Positions 52,705-63,129 of a stretch of DNA of 64,000 nt are shown in pieces. The position numbers and the translations under genes are program-made. The stretch is from Bordetella parapertussis. GTDB taxonomy: Bacteria > Pseudomonadota > Gammaproteobacteria > Burkholderiales > SG8-39. The stretch is from contig CAMDDU010000004.1 in NCBI GenBank assembly GCA_945892985.1, positions 9,910 to 73,909 on the forward strand, read 5' to 3'. The notes beneath the pieces were generated by a model. The model did no database searches. It was not told the DNA's origin and saw only the letters and a list, made by a program, of their open reading frames with translations. Each line of letters opens with the position of its first letter. The stretch's first letter is position 1.

Positions 52705-54879
52705 ATGAGCATAGTCGTCGTTGCGCTGGATGTTCCGCTGGCGCGCCTATTTGACTATCGCGCCAGCGATGCACACCAGGATGACGTGGGTCGCCGGGTG
52801 CTGGTTCCCTTTGGCAACAAGCTCCTTGTCGGTCTGATCATTGAAGTGCGCGAAGCAAGCGAAATCGCTCCGGGGAAACTGCGCGAAGTGCGTTCCATCC
52901 TGCGCGACACGCCGCCCTTGCCTGCAAGTTGGCTCGCGCTAACGCGCTTTTGCGCAAACTATTATCATCGCCCGCTTGGCGAGGTGATGCTTAACGCCTT
53001 GCCGCCCCGATTGCGCAAGGCCGCCCCGATGGCCGACAAACCGCAGCTGCTTTCACTCTCAGCGCTGGGGCGCGCAGAATCAGACACCCTCCCCTCCCGG
53101 CAAAAAATAAAAAAAATTATCCTGGGCCGCCTGGGGCAAGGGCCGGCAAGCCATAGCGAACTCATCGCCATCGCCGCCTCGGCAGGCAAAGCGCTATCAG
53201 CACTGCGCGAAGCAGGATGGGTGAGTGCATCGGCAATGCTTGCGGCGCCGCCAAATAGTGAATCCGTCTCCGAACACCAGCTGAACTCCGACCAGGAAGC
53301 GGTCGTCACACAGATCAGCAAGGGGTTGCAGCAATTTGGGGTGTTTCTCCTGCACGGCATCACAGGCAGCGGAAAAACCGAGGTCTACATGCGGCTCATC
53401 GCCGCCAGCGTCGCGGCGGGCAAACAGGCACTGGTGCTGGTTCCGGAGATAAACCTCACCCCCCAACTGGAGGAGACATTCCGCCGGCGATTTCCCGGCC
53501 TGCCCTTGCTGACATTACACAGCGGGCTTGCCGAAACCGCACGCGCACAGCACTGGCTGGCGGCGCAGGAGCAAGCCGCCTGCATCGTACTTGGCACGCG
53601 TCTGGCGGTTTTCACCCCGCTGTCGAATCCCGGGCTGATTGTCGTGGATGAGGAACAAGACGCCTCCTACAAGCAACAAGACGGCGTGCGCTACTCCGCA
53701 CGCGACCTTGCCATCTTTCGCGCGCAGCAAGACGGGTTTCCCGTCGTCCTGGGGTCCGCCACCCCCTCTTTGGAGAGCTACGCCAAGGCGGTTTCCGGGC
53801 GCTACGCCCTGCTCAGCCTGCCACAGCGCGCGCACGGGCAAGCCAGCCTTCCCCGTGTCGGCCTTATTGACCTGAACGAGCAATCAGAAGGTGACGGCCT
53901 GTCCGCGCCCTTGGTTGCGGCCATCGAGGCGCGCCTTACACTCGGCGAACAAAGCCTTATTTTCCTCAATCGCCGCGGCTATGCCCCAGTGCTCGCCTGC
54001 GCTGCTTGCGGCTGGGTGAGCGGCTGTCCGCGCTGCTCCGCCAGAATGGTCGTGCACCTGTCCGATGGCGTTCTACGCTGCCACCACTGCGGCGACGTGG
54101 AACGCATCCCACGCGCCTGTCCGCAATGCGGCAACGCCGACATCCAGCCGTTTGGCCGCGGCACGCAGCGCCTCGAACTTGCGCTTGCCGCGCGCTTTCC
54201 AACAGCACGCATTCTGCGGGTCGACCGCGACAGCACGCGAACGAAGGGGAGCTGGAGCAATATGCGCGAGGCGATCCGCGACGGACAGGCGGATATTTTG
54301 CTCGGCACGCAGATCCTCGCCAAAGGCCACGATTTTCCCAACGTGACACTGGTCGGTGTTCTCAACGCCGATGCCGCGCTGCACGCATCCGACTATCGCG
54401 CCGGTGAGCGTCTGTTTGCCCAACTCGAGCAGGTGGCAGGCAGGGCTGGGCGGGCCCAACTGGCCGGCGAGGTTTTGATACAGACACGCTATCCCCGCCA
54501 CCCCTTGTACCAGGCACTGACACGGCACGACTACGCCGGATTCGCCAAGGCAACGCTGACCGAACGTGAGCAGGCGGGCTTTCCCCCTTATGTTTTCGAG
54601 GCCGTTCTCCGGGCGGAAGCGCCCGGCAGCAAGTCCGTCCTTGAGTTTCTTTCGCGCGCCCGCGATCTGGCCCCGACGGACCAGGAACAGCTGATGATTT
54701 TTGATCCGGTACCCATGTCGGTTGCGCGCATCGCCAATCGCGACCGGGCGCAACTGCTGGTGCAGTCGTATTCACGCCCCGCCTTGCAGACCTTCCTGAG
54801 CGGTTGGACAGAGGCGTTGGCGAAAGAGCGCGCACCCGGCTTACGCTGGCATCTGGACGTCGACCCGATAGAGTTCTAG
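52705..54879 (+). CDS. priA: Primosomal replication-restart helicase PriA
   Basis: Walker A GITGSGKTEVY, VVDEEQD, and Cys-rich zinc module CAACGWVSGCPRCSARMVVH..CHHCG..CPQCG. 724 aa. Confidence 0.9.
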   Translation: MSIVVVALDVPLARLFDYRASDAHQDDVGRRVLVPFGNKLLVGLIIEVREASEIAPGKLREVRSILRDTPPLPASWLALTRFCANYYHRPLGEVMLNALPPRLRKAAPMADKPQLLSLSALGRAESDTLPSRQKIKKIILGRLGQGPASHSELIAIAASAGKALSALREAGWVSASAMLAAPPNSESVSEHQLNSDQEAVVTQISKGLQQFGVFLLHGITGSGKTEVYMRLIAASVAAGKQALVLVPEINLTPQLEETFRRRFPGLPLLTLHSGLAETARAQHWLAAQEQAACIVLGTRLAVFTPLSNPGLIVVDEEQDASYKQQDGVRYSARDLAIFRAQQDGFPVVLGSATPSLESYAKAVSGRYALLSLPQRAHGQASLPRVGLIDLNEQSEGDGLSAPLVAAIEARLTLGEQSLIFLNRRGYAPVLACAACGWVSGCPRCSARMVVHLSDGVLRCHHCGDVERIPRACPQCGNADIQPFGRGTQRLELALAARFPTARILRVDRDSTRTKGSWSNMREAIRDGQADILLGTQILAKGHDFPNVTLVGVLNADAALHASDYRAGERLFAQLEQVAGRAGRAQLAGEVLIQTRYPRHPLYQALTRHDYAGFAKATLTEREQAGFPPYVFEAVLRAEAPGSKSVLEFLSRARDLAPTDQEQLMIFDPVPMSVARIANRDRAQLLVQSYSRPALQTFLSGWTEALAKERAPGLRWHLDVDPIEF

Positions 54880-54970
54880 AGTACCGCGGCAATCGTTCTC
54901 CTGCTTCGGGCAAAGCGTATAATGCGCAGCCCTGCGGTTTTCCGTTTCACCGGTCCCCACCCCACACGAC

Positions 54971-56650
54971 ATGTCGGCTGCAATCAAATCACACATCGCC
55001 GGGTTGTTCGCGCATGCGCTCGCCAAGGTGGCGCCCCAACAACCGGCATCCCTGGTCGAAATCGAACGTCCGAAACAGGCGCAACACGGCGACTGGGCCT
55101 GCAACCTTGCAATGCAACTTGCTCGTCTGGAAAAAAAGAAACCGCGCGAACTGGCCGAAGCGCTGATCGCCGCCCTGCCCGCTTCCGACTGGGTCGAAAA
55201 GGTCGACATTGCCGGCCCCGGATTCATCAACATACACATCCGTCACGCTGCCAAGGTCGCTGTCATCCGCACCGTGATCGCGCAGGGCGCTCAGTTCGGC
55301 ATGATTCCGGCCGCAACCGGGCAGCGGGTTCTGGTCGAATTCGTATCGGCCAACCCGACCGGCCCCCTGCACGTGGGACACGGTCGCCAAGCCGCCCTCG
55401 GCGACGCCATTTGTGCCTTACTGCAATCACAAGGGTCACAGGTAAGCCGTGAGTTTTACTACAACGATGCGGGTAACCAGATTGAAAACCTCGCCCTTTC
55501 GGTGCAGGCCCGCGCGCGCGGCATAGCACCCGATACGCCACAATTTCCGGCCGATGGCTATCGCGGCGATTACATCCTCGATATCGCCAATGATTTTCTT
55601 GCGCTAAAAACAGTGTCGGGGGAGAAGGTTGCCGCAGTCACCGCCAGCGGTGCTGTCGATGATCTCGATGCGATCCGCCGTTTTGCCGTAGCCTACCTGC
55701 GCAACGAACAGGATATGGACCTCAAGGCATTCGGCGTGCGCTTTGACAACTACTATCTGGAGTCTTCACTGTACTCAGAGGGGCGCGTCGAGGCGACAGT
55801 CAACGCGCTCAAGGCGAGCGGCGAGACCTACGAGGATGGCGGCGCGCTATGGCTGAAAACCACCGATTACGGCGACGACAAAGACCGCGTGATGCGCAAG
55901 TCTGACGGTGCCTACACCTACTTCGTGCCGGATGTCGCCTATCACATCACCAAATGGGAGCGTGGCTACGCCCGCGCCATCAACATCCAGGGCTCTGACC
56001 ACCACAGCACAGTAGTACGCGTGCGCGCCGGCCTGCAGGCGGTCAAACGCGACATCCCGGTGGACTACCCCGACTACGTGCTGCACAAGATGGTGACCGT
56101 CATGAAAGGTGGCGAGGAGGTAAAAATCTCCAAGCGTGCCGGCAGCTATGTCACCTTGCGCGACCTCATCGACGAAGTCGGGCGCGATGCCACGCGTTTT
56201 TTCCTGGTGTCGCGTAAAGCCGATACCGAGTTCGTCTTTGACATCGACCTCGCAAAATCGCAGTCCGAGGAAAATCCCGTCTATTACGTGCAATACGCAC
56301 ACGCCAGACTGTGTTCGGTGCTGGCCCAGTACCAAAGCGCCGGCACATTGCCCGGCGCCGAAGGCGCGGACCTTTCTGTGCTCGACAGCCCGCGTGAGCT
56401 GACCCTGCTCGCGCGATTGGGCGAATACCCGCTGGCGCTGGCGCATGCCGCCGAAGAACTCTCGCCGCACCTGGTTTCGTTTTACCTGCGCGAACTGGCC
56501 GGGGATTTTCACAGCTACTATAATGCCGAGCGTATGCTGGTTGACGATGAGCGCCTGAAACACGCGCGCATTGCCCTGGCGAGCGCCGTCAAACAGATCC
56601 TTGGCAACGGACTCGCCCTGCTGGGCGTGAGCGCGCCCGAGAAAATGTGA
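54971..56650 (+). CDS. argS: Arginine--tRNA ligase
   Basis: [14 protein letters not shown] (HIGH-type motif), C-terminal anticodon-binding DALR region (..[13 protein letters not shown]..). 559 aa, ends ..APEKM. Confidence 0.9.
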   Translation: MSAAIKSHIAGLFAHALAKVAPQQPASLVEIERPKQAQHGDWACNLAMQLARLEKKKPRELAEALIAALPASDWVEKVDIAGPGFINIHIRHAAKVAVIRTVIAQGAQFGMIPAATGQRVLVEFVSANPTGPLHVGHGRQAALGDAICALLQSQGSQVSREFYYNDAGNQIENLALSVQARARGIAPDTPQFPADGYRGDYILDIANDFLALKTVSGEKVAAVTASGAVDDLDAIRRFAVAYLRNEQDMDLKAFGVRFDNYYLESSLYSEGRVEATVNALKASGETYEDGGALWLKTTDYGDDKDRVMRKSDGAYTYFVPDVAYHITKWERGYARAINIQGSDHHSTVVRVRAGLQAVKRDIPVDYPDYVLHKMVTVMKGGEEVKISKRAGSYVTLRDLIDEVGRDATRFFLVSRKADTEFVFDIDLAKSQSEENPVYYVQYAHARLCSVLAQYQSAGTLPGAEGADLSVLDSPRELTLLARLGEYPLALAHAAEELSPHLVSFYLRELAGDFHSYYNAERMLVDDERLKHARIALASAVKQILGNGLALLGVSAPEKM

Positions 56651-56656
56651 TCCCGG

Positions 56657-57280
56657 ATGAACAAAGACTACAAACCACGCCAGGCGGCAAGAAAATCCTC
56701 AGGGGGCAGCACCCTCCTCGGTGTGTTCATCGGCCTCATTTTCGGTCTCGCGCTGGCGGCGGGCATCGCCGTCTATATCAACAAGACGCCGATCCCCTTT
56801 CTCGACAAAGTCAAGCCTGCGGACAAAACCGCATCATCCAAGACGCCAGCGGTGGCGCCAAATCTGTCCGAAACGCTGAAAACCGCTCCTGAAAAGCAAG
56901 CTGGCGACAAACCGCGCTTTGATTTTTACAAAATCCTGCCCGGCCAGGAGGAACCCGTATCCGAACAGCAAATCAAACAGGCGGCGAAAGATGCGGTCAA
57001 AGCCACGGCAGAGGGCAAAGACCTGAAGGATTTTTACCTGCTGCAAGCCGGTGCTTTTCAGAACCCGGCCGATGCGGACAACCTGAAAGCCAAACTTGCC
57101 TTACTGGGATTGGAAGCCGGCGTGGAACCGACCAATCTGGCCGAAAAAGGCATTTGGTACCGCGTGCGTATCGGGCCCTATACCAAGATCGACGACCTGA
57201 ATCGCACCAGGGCGACACTGGCGCAGAACGGAATTGAAGCAACACTGGTCAAAGTAAAAGATAGCAGCGCAAAAAATTAG
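56657..57280 (+). CDS. SPOR domain protein (FtsN-like septal peptidoglycan binding)
   Basis: N-terminal TM anchor (LLGVFIGLIFGLALAAGIAVYI), a low-complexity linker, and a C-terminal SPOR fold (FYLLQAGAFQNPADADNLKAKLALLGLEA..WYRVRIGPY). Confidence 0.8.
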   Translation: MNKDYKPRQAARKSSGGSTLLGVFIGLIFGLALAAGIAVYINKTPIPFLDKVKPADKTASSKTPAVAPNLSETLKTAPEKQAGDKPRFDFYKILPGQEEPVSEQQIKQAAKDAVKATAEGKDLKDFYLLQAGAFQNPADADNLKAKLALLGLEAGVEPTNLAEKGIWYRVRIGPYTKIDDLNRTRATLAQNGIEATLVKVKDSSAKN

Positions 57281-57315
57281 CTTCCAGATGGCTTACGCTT
57301 AACTCGGAGACGCAT

Positions 57316-57966
57316 ATGTTGAAAATTTTTATCGCCGGACTTTTCTCCCTTATCAGCCTCGTTCCGCTCAACGCCGCAGCGCAGGGGCCGCAGCCTGGCA
57401 TCGACTATGCGGAGCTCAAACAGGCGCAGCCGGTTGATTCTGGAAACAAAATAGAAGTCTTGGAATTCTTCTGGTACAACTGCCCGCACTGCTACGCACT
57501 GGAACCAACGCTGGAGCTCTGGGTGAAAAAAATGCCCAAAGATACACAGTTCAAGCGCGTACCTGCGATTTTTAACGATCAGTTGGCGCTTGCCGCCCGC
57601 GCCTACTATGCCCTCGAGGCAAGCGGCGACGTGGAACGCGTCCATCGTGCCTTATTCGATGCCATCCACAAGGACGGCCTTAAAATAACGGACGAAAAGG
57701 CCCTCGCCGAATGGCTGGGCAAAAAAGGCGTTGATGCGGCCAAATTCGGCGCCGCCTACCGCTCTTTTGCCGTTGAAAGCAAACTCAAGCGCGCGCTGCA
57801 ATTGACACAGGCCTACCAGATCGACGGCGTGCCTTCACTCACCGTGCAAGGCAAATACGTGGTCAGCACAGGCAAGCACGGCAATTCGGGCGCCATGCTC
57901 TCTACCGTTGAGTTTCTGGTCGCCAAGGCACACGCGGACGCCGTAAAATCACCGGCAAAGAAATAG
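57316..57966 (+). CDS. dsbA: Thiol:disulfide interchange protein DsbA
   Basis: Signal peptide and the FFWYNCPHCYALEP active site (CPHC). Confidence 0.85.
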   Translation: MLKIFIAGLFSLISLVPLNAAAQGPQPGIDYAELKQAQPVDSGNKIEVLEFFWYNCPHCYALEPTLELWVKKMPKDTQFKRVPAIFNDQLALAARAYYALEASGDVERVHRALFDAIHKDGLKITDEKALAEWLGKKGVDAAKFGAAYRSFAVESKLKRALQLTQAYQIDGVPSLTVQGKYVVSTGKHGNSGAMLSTVEFLVAKAHADAVKSPAKK

Positions 57967-57969
57967 TCA

Positions 57970-57989
57970 CGCCGTCCGCCTGGACGGCG
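57970..57989. terminator. GC-rich hairpin between convergent genes (possible bidirectional terminator)
   Basis: CGCCGTCC-GCCT-GGACGGCG, an 8-bp stem. A T-run follows only on the minus-strand reading (..ACTATTTCTTT). Confidence 0.35.
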
Positions 57990-58000
57990 GGCGGCCGTAC

Positions 58001-58564
58001 TCACCGGGATTGCAGCGGTTCCAGCGCGAGCATCGCGGCACGCCAGGACTCAATGCCGCCGCGATACCAAAGAACCCTGGTGTAGCCAAGCACACTGGCC
58101 CGAAGCGCGGCGTTGTAGGACAACCAGCACTGTACGCTGGCGCAAAAAAACACCATCATGCGATCCTTGTTTCCCTGGGTAATGCGCGCCAGGGCATCGC
58201 CAAACGCCACCTGCACCGGATCAAAAAAATTGCTGCCGCCTCCGGCACCGCTAATCCAGAGCGAACCGGGCAAGGACAAACGCCCCTCCGCTGACAGCAC
58301 ATCGATGAGCAAAGGCGCATCGGCCGAGGCCAGCAGCGCGCGCAAGCTTTGCGTATCCACGACAGCCGCACCCGGAATCTCAATCGGAGTAGGCGCGGTA
58401 TAGGGGGCCCGGCGCAATGTCGGCGACGGCCTAACGCCCCAATCGCGCCCTTCATCGGCATAGCCCTGCGCCGCCACCCCCAATGGCAGCACGCACCCGA
58501 GCAGTAGCAAACCCCTGCAAACCGACCTTGATAAGGATCTTGATAAACACAAACGCATCGACAC
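58001..58564 (-). CDS. Periplasmic rhodanese-like domain protein
   Basis: Signal peptide (LLLLGCVLPLGVAAQG) and a rhodanese active-site region MVFFCASVQCWLSYNAALRASVLGYTRVLWYRGGIESW (C-x4-CW). Confidence 0.65.
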   Translation of the reverse strand: MSMRLCLSRSLSRSVCRGLLLLGCVLPLGVAAQGYADEGRDWGVRPSPTLRRAPYTAPTPIEIPGAAVVDTQSLRALLASADAPLLIDVLSAEGRLSLPGSLWISGAGGGSNFFDPVQVAFGDALARITQGNKDRMMVFFCASVQCWLSYNAALRASVLGYTRVLWYRGGIESWRAAMLALEPLQSR

Positions 58565-58640
58565 AGCCTACTGCGTCACCCGGGCTTTGGCAATTTGACC
58601 GATAAAGCCGTATCATTTGACGCTATTCCCTGAGGCTGCC

Positions 58641-59282
58641 ATGCGCGTACCCACCCCGATCGCCCGCCTGCTGTTGCTGCTGTTGCTGTGCACCTTCTCC
58701 GGACTGGCTTCGGCGCAAATTCAACTCAACCGCGAATACACGCGCATCGACCCGGCCGTGCCGCCCCGTACCGCCGGCCAGATCGAGGTCATCGAATTTT
58801 TCTACTATGGCTGCCCGATCTGCTATGAGCTGGAGCCCGCCTTGTCGCGCTGGCACACGATCGCACCCAACTACGTCAAGCTCACGCGCGTGCCCGCGCT
58901 GTCATCAGAAAACTGGGAACCCTTCGCCAAGCTCTTTTACGCGCTCGAGGCCACAGGCGACCTCGGCCGGCTGCACTTCCCCATTTATGACAACTTTCAC
59001 TTTGACGGCATCAAACTGAACGACGAAAAAATAATGCTCGACTGGATTACCCGCAACAAGGTCGACGTGCAAAAATTCACCGAGGCCTTCAACGCAGAGA
59101 CGACAAAAACCAAAGTCGAATCGGCACGCAAACTGCTGCATGATTTCAACATCCGCGGCGTGCCGACACTGATCGTTGACGGCAAATTTGTCACCTCGGC
59201 ACGCCTTGCCGGCGGCACCCGGCAGATTCCCTCCGTCCTGAATCAGCTTGTGGAAATTGCGCGCAAGGAGCGGGGCAACTGA
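58641..59282 (+). CDS. DsbA-family thiol:disulfide oxidoreductase, second paralogue
   Basis: ATG 58641 with GAGG 5 nt upstream. Signal peptide and the FFYYGCPICYELEP active site (CPIC). Confidence 0.8.
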   Translation: MRVPTPIARLLLLLLLCTFSGLASAQIQLNREYTRIDPAVPPRTAGQIEVIEFFYYGCPICYELEPALSRWHTIAPNYVKLTRVPALSSENWEPFAKLFYALEATGDLGRLHFPIYDNFHFDGIKLNDEKIMLDWITRNKVDVQKFTEAFNAETTKTKVESARKLLHDFNIRGVPTLIVDGKFVTSARLAGGTRQIPSVLNQLVEIARKERGN

Positions 59283-59296
59283 GCGATAGTCTCAGG

Positions 59297-60052
59297 GTGG
59301 TCATCACCGGCGCCTCGAGCGGCCTTGGTGCCGCCCTCGCCACCCACTACGCGACGTCGGGCGCGACAGTCGGCCTGATCGCCAGGCGCCTCGACCGGCT
59401 GGAAGCCCTGGCCGCGGCACATCCCGGAAAAATGGCCGTCTGGGCGGCTGATGTCACCGACAGCGCCGCCATGCAAATCGCCGCCAAATCCTTCACGAAT
59501 CGATTCGGTCCGCCAGACATCGTCATTGCCAACGCCGGGGTTTCCGTCGGCACCCTTGGCGACAGCGCCGGCGACCTGCCCGCGTTCCGGCGCGTGATGG
59601 ACGTCAACGTCTTTGGTATGGCCGCGACATTCCAGCCCTTCATTGAAGCGATGCGCACGCGCGGGCGGGGCAGCCTGGTTGGCATCGCCAGTGTCGCCGG
59701 GTTTCGCGGTTTGCCCGGTGCAGCCGCCTATAGCGCATCAAAATCCGCCGCAATCACCTACCTTGAGAGCCTGCGCACCGAACTTCGCGGCTCGGGCATC
59801 GTAGTGACCACCATCTGCCCCGGCTACGTGCGCACACCCATGACCGAGGTCAATCCCTATCCCATGCCATTCATCATCGACGCCGACGATGCGGCCAAGC
59901 GCTTCGCCCTTGCCATCAAACGCAAACGACGCCGCGTCGTCATTCCCTGGCAGATGGGTGTGATCGGCTGGGTGTTGCGTCTACTCCCCGGATGGCTGTT
60001 CGAAAGACTGTTCGCGCACGCGCCGCGCAAGCCGCGTCAGCTGCCGCTATAA
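59297..60052 (+). CDS. Short-chain dehydrogenase/reductase
   Basis: VVITGASSGLGAAL, AAYSASKSAA (YxxxK). The true start may be slightly upstream, because only GTG 59297 or CTG 59279 are available. Confidence 0.8.
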   Translation: MVITGASSGLGAALATHYATSGATVGLIARRLDRLEALAAAHPGKMAVWAADVTDSAAMQIAAKSFTNRFGPPDIVIANAGVSVGTLGDSAGDLPAFRRVMDVNVFGMAATFQPFIEAMRTRGRGSLVGIASVAGFRGLPGAAAYSASKSAAITYLESLRTELRGSGIVVTTICPGYVRTPMTEVNPYPMPFIIDADDAAKRFALAIKRKRRRVVIPWQMGVIGWVLRLLPGWLFERLFAHAPRKPRQLPL

Positions 60053-60212
60053 CCATGCGGGCAAACCGGTCGACCTGATCACCGCTGAACTAACATCCTG
60101 GTATGGCAGCCGTGCAATCGCAGGGCTCGAAGACCTTGCCCGCCTGCGACGCACGTCGACCCGCTGAGCCAGCGCGCGGACGGTCTTGCCGGCCGTCCCT
60201 CAAGAACAGGCA

Positions 60213-62006
60213 TCAATCTGCAGGTCCTTGCGACACGTAGCTGCCGGGGGCGGCTTCGATCACTTTGAGTTTGCCCTCGCCTGGCTGGCGGGCGGGCACT
60301 TTCGTGTCCGAAATGGACGTTATCCAACCCTGCCAGTCATTCCACCATGAGCCTTCGTGGTGCTCGGCCTGCTCCAGCCATACGTCCACCGATTCGGGCA
60401 GTGCATCGTGCGTCCAGTAGCCATACCTGTTGGCCGCGGGCGGATTGACGATGCCGGCGATATGGCCCGAACCGCCCAACACAAAACGCGTGTTATCGCC
60501 AGCCTGGGCGAGCAGGTGTGCACCCTTGTAGGTCGATTTCCACGGGGCAATGTGATCCTCGGCGGTGGAGACAAAGTAGGCCGGCAGCTTTATTTTACGC
60601 AAATCAATCGGGACGCCGCAAAGGGCAATACCGCCGGGCTCCTTGAGCAGATTATTGAGATACATATTGCGCAGATAAAAGCTGTGCATCGCCGCAGGCA
60701 TGCGCGTTGAATCGGAATTCCAGTACAACAGGTCAAATGGGAACGGCTCCTTGCCAAGCAGGTAGTTATGAATGACAAAAGACCAGACCAGGTCATTGGC
60801 GCGCAGCAGATTGAAGGTGGCGGCCATCTCCCTTCCCTCCAGGTAACCGCGCTCATTCATTCGCTTCTCCAGCGCACCGACCTGCGCCTCGTCGATAAAC
60901 ACCCCCAGTTCGCCCGGAATCGAAAAATCCAGCAGCGAGACAAAAAAGCTTGCCGACGCGACACGCTTGTCTTTTTTCGCCGCCATATACGCGAGGGTCG
61001 CGCCCAGCAGCGTCCCGCCCAGGCAATAGCCGATCACATTGACATGGCGCTCACCGGTCGCCAGTGCGATGGCATCGATCGCGGCGAGCGGGCCCTCGGT
61101 CATGTAATCCTCAAATCCCTTGCCGGCGAATCTGGCGTCCGGATTGACCCAGGAGATCACGAACACCGTATGCCCCTGCGAAACCGCCCAGCGGATAAAT
61201 GAGTTTTTTTCGCGCAGGTCGAGAATGTAGAACTTGTTGATCCACGGCGGCATGATCAGCAAGGGACGTTTGAATACATCCTTGGTCATGGGATCGTACT
61301 GTATGAGCTGCATCAAGTCATTCTGGAACACCACCTTGCCGGGCGTGGTCGCGACATTGACGCCAACAGCGAAGGCCTTCGGGTCGGTCATCCGGATATG
61401 CAGCGCGCCGTCCCCGTCCCCGATATCTCCGAGCAGATTACTGAGTCCGTTCAGCAGGTTCTGTCCGCCGCTGTGCGCGGTTTCACGCAACACCTGCGGG
61501 TTGGTGAGCGCAAAATTGGAGGGCGCCATCGCGTCGAGGTACTGCCGGGTGAAAAAATTCACCTTTTTACGCGACTCATCCGAAAGGCCTTCCGTGTGCG
61601 CCACCGAATCCTGGATATGGCGCGATGCGATGAGATAGGATTGCTTGATATAGTCAAAAAGGAAGTGGTTCTGCCAATCCTCATCACGAAAGCGGTTGTC
61701 TCCCTTTATCGGTGAAGCAACCGGCTCGGGCACGCCTCCGGACAGCCTGGCCATGGAAAACTGCCACAGCGACATGTAGTCCCAGAACATATTTATCTGC
61801 GTCGCTGCAATCTGGTATGGATTGGCGAACATATTGGCCGCCAGATCCATGTAGGCCTTGGCGATGCCAAATTCGTCCGGCGGCGGGGCGTTCCGATGAT
61901 CTGACTGACGTTTGAGAAAATCCTCCAGGATCCGACTCGACTGGCGCGCGACATCGCCGAATACCCGGGCGAGTTCGGCCGGGTCCGGAGCAAGCGGCTG
62001 GTTCAT
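60213..62006 (-). CDS. phaC: Class I poly(3-hydroxyalkanoate) synthase
   Basis: ATG 62006 (MNQPLAPDP..) is preceded by AAGGAGAG. Lipase box GYCLGG, 597 aa. The track's 664-aa version is an upstream extension overlapping the next gene. Confidence 0.9.
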   Translation of the reverse strand: MNQPLAPDPAELARVFGDVARQSSRILEDFLKRQSDHRNAPPPDEFGIAKAYMDLAANMFANPYQIAATQINMFWDYMSLWQFSMARLSGGVPEPVASPIKGDNRFRDEDWQNHFLFDYIKQSYLIASRHIQDSVAHTEGLSDESRKKVNFFTRQYLDAMAPSNFALTNPQVLRETAHSGGQNLLNGLSNLLGDIGDGDGALHIRMTDPKAFAVGVNVATTPGKVVFQNDLMQLIQYDPMTKDVFKRPLLIMPPWINKFYILDLREKNSFIRWAVSQGHTVFVISWVNPDARFAGKGFEDYMTEGPLAAIDAIALATGERHVNVIGYCLGGTLLGATLAYMAAKKDKRVASASFFVSLLDFSIPGELGVFIDEAQVGALEKRMNERGYLEGREMAATFNLLRANDLVWSFVIHNYLLGKEPFPFDLLYWNSDSTRMPAAMHSFYLRNMYLNNLLKEPGGIALCGVPIDLRKIKLPAYFVSTAEDHIAPWKSTYKGAHLLAQAGDNTRFVLGGSGHIAGIVNPPAANRYGYWTHDALPESVDVWLEQAEHHEGSWWNDWQGWITSISDTKVPARQPGEGKLKVIEAAPGSYVSQGPAD

Positions 62007-62026
62007 GGCTCTCTCCTTAAAGACTT

Positions 62027-63085
62027 CTAAACGCTGCGATAGCGTAGCACGCCCCCTGCGTCGACCTCGCGCGTGACACGGCCCTCGGCCAGCAGGTAAT
62101 GAAGATGGGCCATCGCCTCGCCCATGGCGAAAAATGTCTGGTGTATATCCAGTTCGCGCCGGAACAGCGTGGTCAGCACCTCTGCCGCGCTGCGCGGTTG
62201 TGCGCACGCCTCCTCGAGTTCGCCCAGACGCAAGCGATGGTGCTCGCGCAATTGCCCAATGCGCACGTGTGTGCTGCGAAAGGGCAGTCCGTGCGAGGGC
62301 AGCGTCAGCGTTTGCACCGGCAGTTCAAGGTAGCGCTCGAGCGAATCGAGGAACTGCTTGAGCGGATTACCATCCGGATTGATGCCCCATACGCCGACGT
62401 TGGTCGAAATGCGCGGCAGCACCATGTCACCCGAAATAAGCACCCCCAGCGCCTCACAGTAAAGCGCGGCATGCTCGGGGGCGTGGCCATAGCCGGCGAT
62501 CATGCGCCAGCCATTGCCGTTGATCTCCACCACATCGCCGTCCATGATGCGCACGAATCCGACCGGAAAATCCGGGACATTGCGCGCGTAATGATTGCCA
62601 CGGGTCGCCAGTTCGGCAACGCGCGCCTCGTCCAGTCCATTTTTCCGGAACAAGGCCAGCAAGGCTTCCTGCGACGTGCCACCGCGCCCCTCGGCAATGA
62701 GGTGCGCCATCATGTACTCACCCTGAGGCATCACCAGCGGAACGTCAAATTTCTTCGTCAACCAGCCGGCAAGTCCGGCATGGTCGGGATGATAGTGTGT
62801 GACGATGACACGCTTTACCGGTTTGCCCCCCAGCTTCGCCGCAAACACCTGCTCCCACAAATCGCGTGTCACGTCGTTGCCAATGCCACAGTCAACGATG
62901 GACCAGCCCTCGCCATCCTCAAGCAGCCACAGGTTGATGTGATCCAGGGCAAAAGGCAGCGGCATGCGCAGCCAGTGCACCCCGGGGGCGATTTCCAGCG
63001 TCGTGCCTGGCGCAGGCGGCGTGCGTTGCGGATAATCAAACAACAGGTCTGGGGGGGCGGGTTTGGACATGGGCTGGGGACGCAA
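62027..63085 (-). CDS. MBL-fold metallo-hydrolase
   Basis: VIVTHYHPDHAGL (HxHxDH). Its stop is 20 nt upstream of the phaC start. Confidence 0.8.
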   Translation of the reverse strand: MRPQPMSKPAPPDLLFDYPQRTPPAPGTTLEIAPGVHWLRMPLPFALDHINLWLLEDGEGWSIVDCGIGNDVTRDLWEQVFAAKLGGKPVKRVIVTHYHPDHAGLAGWLTKKFDVPLVMPQGEYMMAHLIAEGRGGTSQEALLALFRKNGLDEARVAELATRGNHYARNVPDFPVGFVRIMDGDVVEINGNGWRMIAGYGHAPEHAALYCEALGVLISGDMVLPRISTNVGVWGINPDGNPLKQFLDSLERYLELPVQTLTLPSHGLPFRSTHVRIGQLREHHRLRLGELEEACAQPRSAAEVLTTLFRRELDIHQTFFAMGEAMAHLHYLLAEGRVTREVDAGGVLRYRSV

Positions 63086-63129
63086 GAATGGTTGAGAAGT
63101 GCCGGCGCGCGGACGGTTCGGCTAGAATC

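Noticed and set aside
53102-53116. A6-T-A8 run inside priA (codons RQKIKKII)
   Set aside because: It is unusual for this GC content. However, it encodes a plausible Lys/Ile-rich linker in an essential housekeeping gene, and nothing suggests programmed frameshifting or phase variation.
60213-62207. N-terminal extensions of track ORFs: phaC 664 aa, GT2 fusion from 5272, CmcI-like from 22665, hemE from 51263, TylF-like from 11949, reductase from 11062, ACP ORF from 4058, GT4 from 38442 and 40867
   Set aside because: In each case an internal start gives the canonical family N-terminus and a 1-4 nt overlap or short gap with the upstream gene. The extended versions overlap neighbours by tens to hundreds of nt.
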